From positions 43,624 to 107,623 of the forward strand of contig CAIPOI010000006.1 of assembly GCA_903866625.1 (NCBI GenBank): 64,000 nt of DNA. The letters are read 5' to 3'. Below are positions 46,947 through 54,261 of the stretch, piece by piece (within the stretch, counting starts at the first letter, position 1; every line of letters starts with the position of its first letter). The translations under genes were made by a program, and so were the position numbers. This stretch comes from an uncultured archaeon (GTDB lineage: Archaea; Nanobdellota; Nanobdellia; Pacearchaeales; GW2011-AR1). The notes under the pieces were generated by a model. It searched no databases, was not told the origin of the DNA, and worked only from the letters and a program-made list of their open reading frames with translations.

Positions 46947-47139
46947 ATGCGAGAGATAGCTCAGAAAATAAAATTTTCTGATACTTCAATTCTCTACTTT
47001 CGAATTGAAGTGATTCGAACCTATCGAATCCTATCTATGCGAGAGATAGCTCAGAAAATAAAATTTTCTGATACTTCAATTCTCTACTTTCGAATTGAAG
47101 TGATTCGAACCTATCGAATCCTATCTATGCGAGAGATAG
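46947..47139. repeat. Two identical 90-bp tandem repeats plus a 13-bp partial copy overlapping the tRNA-Leu 3' end
   Basis: 46947-47036 equals 47037-47126; 47127-47139 (ATGCGAGAGATAG) begins a third copy and is the tRNA 3' end. Confidence 0.95.
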
Positions 47140-47210
47140 GATTCGAACCTATGAAGGCATAAGCCAAGAGATTTTGAGTCTCTCCCGTTTGACCGCTTCG
47201 GTACCCTCGC
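47128..47210 (-). tRNA. tRNA-Leu(CAA)
   Basis: GCGAGGG/TCTCGC-A acceptor, AGAGA-CTCAAAA-TCTCT anticodon arm, long variable arm, ATAGG-TTCGAAT-CCTAT T arm. Confidence 0.94.
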
Positions 47211-47233
47211 ATAAAAAAACTAATAATAGAGTG

Positions 47234-47251
47234 TATAAAAAGCTTTATAAA
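47234..47251. promoter_or_regulatory. Back-to-back BRE/TATA promoters for tRNA-Leu (-) and the leader-leuA transcript (+)
   Basis: TATAAAAAGCTTTATAAA: TTTATAAA at 47244-47251 lies ~22 nt before ATG 47273; TTTTTATA on the minus strand lies ~24 nt before the tRNA 5' end. Confidence 0.65.
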
Positions 47252-47272
47252 TTTAAAATTCTCAGAGATATT

Positions 47273-47332
47273 ATGAAACCTGGAGTAGAAGCTAATTGTT
47301 CAAGAATTCTATTAGCTCTGCTTATTTTATAG
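47273..47332 (+). CDS. Putative Leu-rich leader peptide (19 aa) of leuA
   Basis: MKPGVEANCSRILLALLIL*; five Leu in the last seven codons (CTA, TTA, CTG, CTT, TTA); double stop TAG TAA. Confidence 0.7.
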   Translation: MKPGVEANCSRILLALLIL

Positions 47333-47365
47333 TAAGGTTTCTCTAAATTTATTTCTTGGAGAAAC
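47275..47365 (+). promoter_or_regulatory. Putative translational attenuator (SD-sequestering hairpin and competing stem)
   Basis: GTTTCTCTAA(47337-46)/TTGGAGAAAC(47356-65) covers the GGAG site; GAAACCT(47275-81) can instead pair with AGGTTTC(47335-41). Confidence 0.65.
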
Positions 47366-47366
47366 A

Positions 47367-48554
47367 ATGACAAACCCTAATTATAATTCTGCTTCTGAAA
47401 GGAAAATTATCATTCTAGACACGACTCTTAGAGATGGAGATCAAAGTGCTCTTGGAACAATGTATCCTAGTGAAAAAATGAAAGTTGCAAAACACCTTGA
47501 GAAAATGGGAGTTGAACGAATTGAAGCAGGTTTTGCTGCAGCAAAAGGTAATTATGAATTTATGTCCGGAGTTGCTCAAACATTAAAAAATTCGTGGCTT
47601 TCTGGTCTTTCTAGATGCGTAAATAGAGATACAGAAAGAACTTACGAAGCTTATAAGAACTATCAAAAAAGAATGATCCATCTTTTTTTGCCTACTTCTG
47701 AAATTCAAGTAAGTGCTAAAATGAAAAAAACTGATGACGAACTTATAAAAATAACTAGAAGTTCTGTGACTTATGCAAGGAGTTTCTTTGATAAAGTTGA
47801 GTTTACTGCAGAAGATGCTGTTAGAAGCAATTGGGATTTTTTGAAAAGAGTTTATTTTGAAGCCATAAATTCTGGAGCTACCATAATTAATGTAGCCGAT
47901 ACTGTTGGCTATGCTGAAACAGAAGAGTTTGGAAGGCTTGTCAAAAATGTTGCGGGTTATGTAAAAATAATAAACCCCAATGTAGAAATAAGTATTCACT
48001 GTCATAATGATTTAGGATTGGCTGTTGCAAATACCATTGCAGGAATTAAAAACGGAGCACAGCAAGTAGAGGTAACTATCAATGGTCTTGGCGAAAGAGC
48101 AGGTAATTGCAGCCTTGAACAGATAGTTGCTTTTAGTAAGGTTCATCCAGAATCTTTCTCAACCAATGTTTTATCAGGGGAAATTTACAAAGCTTCCAAA
48201 ATGGTTAGTAGATTTACTGGAGTAAGAAATGACTCTGCTCCTGTTGTTGGAAAATCTGCTTTTGCCCATAAATCTGGAATACATCAACATGGAGTCATAA
48301 ATAATAAAGAGTCTTATGAAGTTTTAAGAGCAGAAGATTTCGGAAGAAAAAGTGAAATAGTTATAGGCCCTCATTCAGGCTATCATGGAGTTATTGCAAA
48401 AGCAAGAGAGCTCGGATTTGAAATTAGTCAAGAACAAGCAGCACTAATTTTAGATGTAGTTTCAGAAAAAGTTCAAAGAGAAGAGCAAAAAAGATTTGAT
48501 GATGAAGATATCAGAAAAATACTTATGGAAAAGGTTTTAGCTCTAGCAGTTTAG
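47367..48554 (+). CDS. leuA: 2-isopropylmalate synthase, short form without the C-terminal regulatory domain (DRE-TIM family)
   Basis: DTTLRDG.Q, IEAGF, EDA.R, DTVG, HCHNDLGLAVAN, INGLGERAGN and AFAH.SGIHQ.G motifs; 395 aa. Confidence 0.8.
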   Translation: MTNPNYNSASERKIIILDTTLRDGDQSALGTMYPSEKMKVAKHLEKMGVERIEAGFAAAKGNYEFMSGVAQTLKNSWLSGLSRCVNRDTERTYEAYKNYQKRMIHLFLPTSEIQVSAKMKKTDDELIKITRSSVTYARSFFDKVEFTAEDAVRSNWDFLKRVYFEAINSGATIINVADTVGYAETEEFGRLVKNVAGYVKIINPNVEISIHCHNDLGLAVANTIAGIKNGAQQVEVTINGLGERAGNCSLEQIVAFSKVHPESFSTNVLSGEIYKASKMVSRFTGVRNDSAPVVGKSAFAHKSGIHQHGVINNKESYEVLRAEDFGRKSEIVIGPHSGYHGVIAKARELGFEISQEQAALILDVVSEKVQREEQKRFDDEDIRKILMEKVLALAV

Positions 48555-48593
48555 TGAGGAAAAGCTTTATAAATACACTAAAATAGGAATTAT

Positions 48594-48705
48594 TGAAACG
48601 GCCATAGTAAGCTGGTAATACCTGTTCCCATTCCGAACACAGAAGTCAAGCAGCCTACGTCATTGGTGGTAGTCTTGCAAAAGGTGAACCCAAGATGCTG
48701 TTTCG
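48594..48705 (+). rRNA. rrf: 5S rRNA (stand-alone)
   Basis: Terminal helix TGAAACGGC/GCTGTTTCG, conserved CCCATTCCGAACAC.GAAGT.AAG loop C; TTTATAAA promoter upstream and T-run downstream. Confidence 0.92.
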
Positions 48706-48768
48706 CTTATTTTTTAATAAGTTTTGAAGTGATGAGAGTCTCGAGCTTTTTTGGGTTTTTGAGAAGAT

Positions 48769-49131
48769 TTATCTCTTTTCTTCAACTAACATTAACCCAT
48801 TTGTTTTTACCCTATAAGAATTAGAATATAAAACTCTGTCAATAAGAGCTTCGAAAATTTTTGTTTCTCTTTCGTGTTTACATAACATGTACTCTCTGAG
48901 TCTCCTAGCATTACTTAAAGAAATAGCCAACCAAATTCCCCCATAATCTCCATTACCCGGAACAACTTGGTTCTCTGGAAGAAAAATCCATTCAGCAATA
49001 TTGAAAGTCATTATATGTGGATTTTTTCTTAGACCCAGAGATTTCATATCTTCGGTGACTACCTTATAGCCTACCCTATACAATTTGCCTTCGAGATTTA
49101 CTGTTAAAAGTCTTGGTATTTTTGTTGACAT
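48769..49131 (-). CDS. Hypothetical protein
   Basis: 120-aa ATG ORF with TATA-like element upstream. Confidence 0.65.
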   Translation of the reverse strand: MSTKIPRLLTVNLEGKLYRVGYKVVTEDMKSLGLRKNPHIMTFNIAEWIFLPENQVVPGNGDYGGIWLAISLSNARRLREYMLCKHERETKIFEALIDRVLYSNSYRVKTNGLMLVEEKR

Positions 49132-49188
49132 AGAAATCTAATAGACTAATGTTTTAAAAGAATTATGGTATTATGGAATAACCATGAA

Positions 49189-49812
49189 TTATAGCAGGTA
49201 ATTTTCAACAAAATCTTTAAGATTCCCACATTCCCAAGAAGCAATTTGATTTAGGTCTCGCAAGACTATTCCCTTAGCAGGACTATTGGGTTTCTTCTGA
49301 TGATCTAGAAGATAGTGTGGCCGAATTGAAACATAAGCCCTTAAAGCACCAGCATCCATATTTCCCTTGATATAAAAAGGCAACCCTTGATGAAAGGCGA
49401 GGATGGAATTAACTTTGTTTACTGAAAACACAACTCTAGGAATATTTAGTTTTACTAACTCTGATTTATAAAAATTAAGAAAATTGCCTTGGACATTATC
49501 ACCAGAATCAGCCCCAACAAGAGATGGCTCTATAAAAGATTCTCCTAAAGCTCTAAACTCTCTAAGTGTTCGTAGCACGAGTTCTTTATGTTCTCTATCA
49601 GCACAATCTGGGTAATCTCCGTCACTAATATAAAGATCGAATTCTCTCGAATTTGCTTGACTACTAGCTTCTTCTAAATCTAGGGCAAAAGTTACCCTTG
49701 ATAAAAGAGACTCTGTTGTTAAACCTAAACTTTTTCCTGCAATTAAAACACCATGAACAATTTCATGAGGATAATCTTCAGCCCATAATATTTTTTTATA
49801 TTTAAATTCCAT
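49189..49812 (-). CDS. Hypothetical protein with a receiver (CheY)-like N-terminus
   Basis: KILWAED and FDLYISDGDYP resemble receiver beta1 and beta3 motifs. Confidence 0.55.
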   Translation of the reverse strand: MEFKYKKILWAEDYPHEIVHGVLIAGKSLGLTTESLLSRVTFALDLEEASSQANSREFDLYISDGDYPDCADREHKELVLRTLREFRALGESFIEPSLVGADSGDNVQGNFLNFYKSELVKLNIPRVVFSVNKVNSILAFHQGLPFYIKGNMDAGALRAYVSIRPHYLLDHQKKPNSPAKGIVLRDLNQIASWECGNLKDFVENYLL

Positions 49813-49838
49813 AGATTAATATTAATAGAACAAACTAT

Positions 49839-50036
49839 TTAGAATTTCTTGAACTTATTAACTAATTCAAGAGTATCTTCTTGGCAAAGGAATACGGTTC
49901 TGCAGCAATATCTTTCTAATCCAAGCTCATCAAGAACTTTCTTAGCGTCTTCGCCCTTGGAAGTTCTTTTTTTAAAATCATCCCATAGGTGACCTATTGG
50001 TTTTCCGCAAGACATGCAACGAATTGGAATTATCAT
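49839..50036 (-). CDS. rpoN: DNA-directed RNA polymerase subunit N (Rpo10)
   Basis: MIIPIRCMSCGKP...LDELGLERYCCR. Confidence 0.97.
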   Translation of the reverse strand: MIIPIRCMSCGKPIGHLWDDFKKRTSKGEDAKKVLDELGLERYCCRTVFLCQEDTLELVNKFKKF

Positions 50037-50198
50037 AATATTAATGTCAAAACTAGGTTTTTAAAACTTACTATTTTGCTCCCATGGAGCTCTCCTTATC
50101 TTTGCTCTAAACTTTTTTATCCAGATTTTTAATATTGAAAAAAAGAATACAAATATTTATAAATAACATCTCAATAAAGAAAATATAAAAAAGAGAAA

Positions 50199-50369
50199 AT
50201 GGCAAACAAATGTGTTTATTGTAATAAAGAATTACCTGTTAATAAGGCGCTTTCGGTATGTAAACCTTGCGGAATAAAGGTTTGGGGCTTAAAGATGTAT
50301 GAAGCAATAGATTCTCAGATGAGTGATGCTAAAGAAACAGGTAATCTCGAACAAGGAAGCATCTGTTGA
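50199..50369 (+). CDS. Small zinc-finger protein (56 aa), not in ORF track
   Basis: MANKCVYCNKELPVNKALSVCKPCGIKVWGLKMYEAIDSQMSDAKETGNLEQGSIC*; two CxxC pairs; TTTATAAA upstream. Confidence 0.75.
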   Translation: MANKCVYCNKELPVNKALSVCKPCGIKVWGLKMYEAIDSQMSDAKETGNLEQGSIC

Positions 50370-50501
50370 CTTCTTAAAATAAAAAATTTTATCATTTTAT
50401 TGAAGAAAAAAGCAGGATTTTTAAGCTAAAAACCAAAAGAAAAGCTTTTTAAACAACCCCTTTCTAAGAAAATAATAAGGAAAATTAGCTGTTAATATAA
50501 A

Positions 50502-50753
50502 ATGATAAAACGAAAAAATGTTAAGAAAAAAGGAAAGTTAGAGCTTAGCAAATACTTCCAAGAGTTTAAGGTTGGAGAAAAAATTGCGATAGTAAAAGAA
50601 CATACATTAAATCCTGCTTTTCCGATACAAATCCAGGGTAGAACTGGGGTAGTTATTGGTGAAAGAGGAAATAGTTACTTAGTTAAACTAAACAACGGCG
50701 GAACTGAAAAAGTGTATATTATTGCACCTTCCTGCTTAAAAAAAATAAAATGA
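50502..50753 (+). CDS. rpl21e: 50S ribosomal protein eL21
   Basis: Q.FKVGE, P...QGRTG.V.G.RG..Y.V motifs; synteny with rpoF. Confidence 0.9.
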   Translation: MIKRKNVKKKGKLELSKYFQEFKVGEKIAIVKEHTLNPAFPIQIQGRTGVVIGERGNSYLVKLNNGGTEKVYIIAPSCLKKIK

Positions 50754-51061
50754 TAAAAGAAAGAACACCATTAACACTTTACGAAGCAAGAGAATTATTG
50801 GAAAGCTTAAAAGATAGCGATAGAAAAAAGGAAATAGTTGAATTTATATCTAAATTTGAAAAAATAGATGTTAAAAAAGCTAAAAAGATAAAAGAAGAAA
50901 TTGAAGCTTTGGATATAATCAAATTAAAAAATTCAGATATTATAAAAATTGTTGATGTTATGCCTGAAAATGCTATTGAATTAAATAAGGTTGTTATGGA
51001 AGCAAGCTTAGATTCAGATGAAACAAATAAAATTATTGAGACAATTAAAAAGAATAAATAA
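50750..51061 (+). CDS. rpoF: RNA polymerase subunit F (Rpo4)
   Basis: TLYEA..LL and KIVDVMP....EL motifs; L21e-rpoF-DUF655 synteny. Confidence 0.88.
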   Translation: MIKERTPLTLYEARELLESLKDSDRKKEIVEFISKFEKIDVKKAKKIKEEIEALDIIKLKNSDIIKIVDVMPENAIELNKVVMEASLDSDETNKIIETIKKNK

Positions 51062-51066
51062 TCAAA

Positions 51067-51606
51067 ATGAAAGAAAAGGAAGAACAAGCGATTGTAGTAG
51101 ATTATCTGCCTTACGGCTATCCACTCGAGAAGAAAATGATGCCAATAGCTCAGGCTATAGGTAAAAAAAATTTTACTCTTTTAGAATTAGTACCTAGGAG
51201 AGGAATCAAGTTAGAAATTGGAGAAGAAGTTTATATTGGAGAAGGAAAGAGAGACAAGGTATATTATATCTTGGGCAAACTTCCTTTTAACAAAATAAGC
51301 GAAAATGCAAAGAATTTTCTACAGACTTACATAGAAAAGCAAGTAAGTGAAAATGAAAAATCTTTTGTAGAATTTTTCAATAATTCACAACCGGTAAACA
51401 CAAGGCTTCATCAAATTGAGCTTCTTCCGGGATTTGGCAATAAACATACTCAAGCCATCCTAGACGAAAGAAATAAAAAGCCTTTTGAAAGCTTTGAAGA
51501 GTTGAAGAAAAGAATATCTAATCTTCCAGATCCAAAAAACGCAATAGTTAAAAGGATACTTGAAGAGATAAAGGGAGAGGAAAGACATTTCCTATTCGTT
51601 AATTAA
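51067..51606 (+). CDS. DUF655 family putative RNA-binding protein (HhH)
   Basis: DYLPYG, FTLLEL, RLHQIELLPG.G and PFESF motifs. Confidence 0.9.
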   Translation: MKEKEEQAIVVDYLPYGYPLEKKMMPIAQAIGKKNFTLLELVPRRGIKLEIGEEVYIGEGKRDKVYYILGKLPFNKISENAKNFLQTYIEKQVSENEKSFVEFFNNSQPVNTRLHQIELLPGFGNKHTQAILDERNKKPFESFEELKKRISNLPDPKNAIVKRILEEIKGEERHFLFVN

Positions 51607-51608
51607 AA

Positions 51609-52157
51609 ATGGCAGAAGAAAAGAAACAAGAAGTAAAGCAAAAACCTCAGACAGAGGAAAAAGTTGAGAAGAAAAGAAGTTCCATGATTAGCAAGGATGT
51701 TCCTACTGGAAGAATCATTAGAATTATGCAGACAGATGTTCCTGGAACAAAAACTCTTTATGCAGGATTAACCCGAATAAAAGGTATTTCTTGGGCAATT
51801 TCAAATGCGGTTTGTCTTTTAGCTAAAATTGAAAAAACAAAAAAAATTGAAAGTTTGACTAAAGAAGAAATTGCAAAAATTGAAGAAACAATAAAGCAAC
51901 ATAAATTTCCATACTACATGCTAAACAGAAGAAATGATTTCACCACAGGAGAATCTGGACACGTTACTGGTTCTACTATAGATGTAAATGAAGAATTAGA
52001 TGTTAAAAGATTAAAGAAAATCCGTTCATTCAGAGGATTAAGACATGCAACAGGTCAGCCTACAAGAGGTCAAAGCACAAGAAGTCACTTTAGAACAAAT
52101 CGTAAAAAAGGAGTTGGTATTAAAACTAAATCAGCACCAACTACTAAAGGAGAATAA
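51609..52157 (+). CDS. rps13: 30S ribosomal protein uS13
   Basis: IKGIS, NRRND..TG and SFRGLRH..GQPTRGQST motifs. Confidence 0.96.
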   Translation: MAEEKKQEVKQKPQTEEKVEKKRSSMISKDVPTGRIIRIMQTDVPGTKTLYAGLTRIKGISWAISNAVCLLAKIEKTKKIESLTKEEIAKIEETIKQHKFPYYMLNRRNDFTTGESGHVTGSTIDVNEELDVKRLKKIRSFRGLRHATGQPTRGQSTRSHFRTNRKKGVGIKTKSAPTTKGE

Positions 52158-52159
52158 AA

Positions 52160-52693
52160 ATGCCCGTAAGAAAACATAAAAGATATAGTCGACCGAGAAA
52201 GCTGTATGATATCAGCACAATGAAAGAAGAGCAGGGCTTAGTTAGCAAATATGGATTAAAAAACAGAAGAGAAGTATGGAAAGCAGATTTTCAAATTGCA
52301 AGAATAAGAAATATTGCTAAAGGGCTAATCACTGCAGAAGAAGCTAAGAAAGAAGAATTTGTCACTAAACAAAAAGCCAAGGGATTTAATGTTGAAAGCA
52401 TTGCAGATGTTCTTGGATTGAATAAGGAAGATTGGTTAAAAAGAAGACTACAAAGTATTGTAGTGAAAAAAGGTTTTGCAAAAACTCTAAAGGCTGCAAG
52501 GCAATTGATTAATCATAAACATGTTAAAATAGATGGTAAAATAATTGATTCTCCATCGCACTTGACTACACTTGAAGAAGAGAAAACTGTTTCAAGTGAT
52601 TTAGTTTTAATAGCAAAAAAAGAAATGAGTAATGAGGAAAAAGCATTTTTAAAACAAATAAAATCTAAAGAAAGTGAAGAGGAAAAAGCATAA
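52160..52693 (+). CDS. rps4: 30S ribosomal protein uS4
   Basis: YGLKNRREVW, RRLQSIV and ARQLI.H.H motifs. Confidence 0.96.
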   Translation: MPVRKHKRYSRPRKLYDISTMKEEQGLVSKYGLKNRREVWKADFQIARIRNIAKGLITAEEAKKEEFVTKQKAKGFNVESIADVLGLNKEDWLKRRLQSIVVKKGFAKTLKAARQLINHKHVKIDGKIIDSPSHLTTLEEEKTVSSDLVLIAKKEMSNEEKAFLKQIKSKESEEEKA

Positions 52694-53151
52694 TGGTAGA
52701 AGAAATAAAACAAATTGAAACCGAACAAGACATGCAAGAACAAGTTGAAGAAGTTAAAGAAGAAAAGAAACCTAAAAAAGAAAAAATTGGAATTCTTTAT
52801 ATTTATACCTCTAAGAACAATACTATCTTAAATCTTACAGATATGGTAGGAAATACTATCTCAAAAGCTACTGGCGGACAATCAACAAAACAGGATAGAC
52901 TTAAATCAAGCCCTACTGTTGCAATGTTTTCTTCAAAGAAAATAGCAGAAGACGCTAATGAAGCAGGAATAACTAGTTTTTATGTTAGAGTAAGAGCAGA
53001 AACAGGAGATACAAGTCCAAGTTCTGCAGCTCATGCAGTTATAAAATCTTTAAGCAGAGACGGCTTTAAGGTAATCAGCATAAGTGATATTACTCGAGTT
53101 CCAAGAGGCGGACCTAAGAAGGGTGGCGGAAGAAGAGGAAGAAGAGTATAA
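52693..53151 (+). CDS. rps11: 30S ribosomal protein uS11
   Basis: S.NNT, SSP..AM, DIT and GGRRGRRV motifs. Confidence 0.95.
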   Translation: MVEEIKQIETEQDMQEQVEEVKEEKKPKKEKIGILYIYTSKNNTILNLTDMVGNTISKATGGQSTKQDRLKSSPTVAMFSSKKIAEDANEAGITSFYVRVRAETGDTSPSSAAHAVIKSLSRDGFKVISISDITRVPRGGPKKGGGRRGRRV

Positions 53152-53187
53152 GCATAAATTTAAAAGTCAATTAAAATTGTTAATAAC

Positions 53188-53820
53188 ATGATAAAAATCA
53201 CAAATAAATCAAACGAAAAATTAAGCTTTAAAACAGATGTAAATACTAGCTTAATGAATGCCATAAGAAGAAGCGCAAATTATATTCCTTTGCTTGCAGT
53301 GGACTCTTTAGAAATAAGCAAAAATGATTCTGCATTATATGACGAAATAATCGCTCATCGTATGGGTTTACTTCCTTTAAAATATGAGGAATTAAAATTA
53401 CCAAGTGAATGTGACTGCGGCAAAGAAGAAGGTTGCGGAAAGTGTGCAATCAAGGTTAAACTAAGTGCAGTTGGACCTGGAATCATCTATTCAGATCAAT
53501 TGTCTCCTAAGGGAGTTTCTCTACTTAAGATGCCAATAACAATTTTAGATAAAGAACAAGAATTAGAATTTGTTGCAATAGCAAAAATGGGTAGGGGCAT
53601 AGAACATGCAAAGTTTAGTCCTGGATTAATACACTACAAGTACGAAGGAGATGCAAAAAATATTTCAGATGAAGATTTTAAAAAAATAACAGAAAAAGAT
53701 GCAAAAGAATTAGAAGTATCAATTGAGTCTTGGGGCCAATTGCCTGCAAAAGAAATTTTCTTAAAAGCCATAGATTCTCTAAATGGAGAATTGAAAGACC
53801 TCCTCAAACAGGTCAAGTAA
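53188..53820 (+). CDS. rpoD: RNA polymerase subunit D (Rpo3)
   Basis: NAIRR, NDSALYDEIIAHRMGLLPL, C.C....C..C zinc site and HAKFSP. Confidence 0.95.
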   Translation: MIKITNKSNEKLSFKTDVNTSLMNAIRRSANYIPLLAVDSLEISKNDSALYDEIIAHRMGLLPLKYEELKLPSECDCGKEEGCGKCAIKVKLSAVGPGIIYSDQLSPKGVSLLKMPITILDKEQELEFVAIAKMGRGIEHAKFSPGLIHYKYEGDAKNISDEDFKKITEKDAKELEVSIESWGQLPAKEIFLKAIDSLNGELKDLLKQVK

Positions 53821-53837
53821 TCTGGCTATTTATTCGC

Positions 53838-53920
53838 GCGGGGATGCCGGAGCGGTCAAACGGACGCGGCTAAGGACCGCGTGGCTAAAGCCTACGAAGG
53901 TTCGAACCCTTCTCCCCGCA
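53838..53920 (+). tRNA. tRNA-Leu(AAG)
   Basis: GCGGGGA/TCCCCGC-A acceptor, CGCGG-CTAAGGA-CCGCG anticodon arm (U33, AAG, G37), long variable arm, GAAGG-TTCGAAC-CCTTC T arm. Confidence 0.92.
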
Positions 53921-53927
53921 TAAATAA

Positions 53928-54185
53928 TTATTTTTTCTCAAGAAGTTTTATTCTCTGCTCAAGCTCTTCAATTTTAGAATCAAGCTGTTTCTTTGAATCA
54001 ATTATATCTTTATCCATGCCTTCTATAAACTCAGATAAGTAAAGATTAAAGAGAGTACTAAGCTTTCCACCGAAGAGATTTAGCTTCTTCTTTGCTCGTT
54101 CTAATTTATCAAAGTCTACAGTGATATTAACTCTAACTTTATTTTTTTCTGAATTTATTTTTTCCTTCTTAGATTTTTCTTGCAT
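53928..54185 (-). CDS. Small ribbon-helix-helix-like DNA-binding protein with C-terminal coiled coil
   Basis: KVRVNITVD beta strand, helix, then GGKLSTLF helix. Confidence 0.6.
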   Translation of the reverse strand: MQEKSKKEKINSEKNKVRVNITVDFDKLERAKKKLNLFGGKLSTLFNLYLSEFIEGMDKDIIDSKKQLDSKIEELEQRIKLLEKK

Positions 54186-54261
54186 ATATATTAGTGTGTA
54201 TTTAGGTATAAAAAGCTTTTGAAGGAGATAGGTTTAAATAGTCTGAAATTTCTGAGTCTTT

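Noticed and set aside
46947-47126. Split-tRNA 3' halves or intron-containing tRNA copies
   Set aside because: The units lack the anticodon and variable-arm parts, and I could not draw a bulge-helix-bulge around the 52-nt insert.
46947-47139. CRISPR array interpretation of the repeats
   Set aside because: Units are identical over their full 90 bp with no variable spacers, derive from a tRNA end, and no cas genes are in the window.
46917-47162. 81-aa ORF with an internal repeat in the ORF track
   Set aside because: It is the in-frame read-through of the 90-bp repeats and antisense tRNA-Leu; no sign of a real protein.
53838-53920. Reading this tRNA as Leu(TAA)
   Set aside because: The 5-bp stem fixes the loop as CTAAGGA, so T is position 33 and the anticodon is AAG; G37 also fits a CNN-decoding tRNA.
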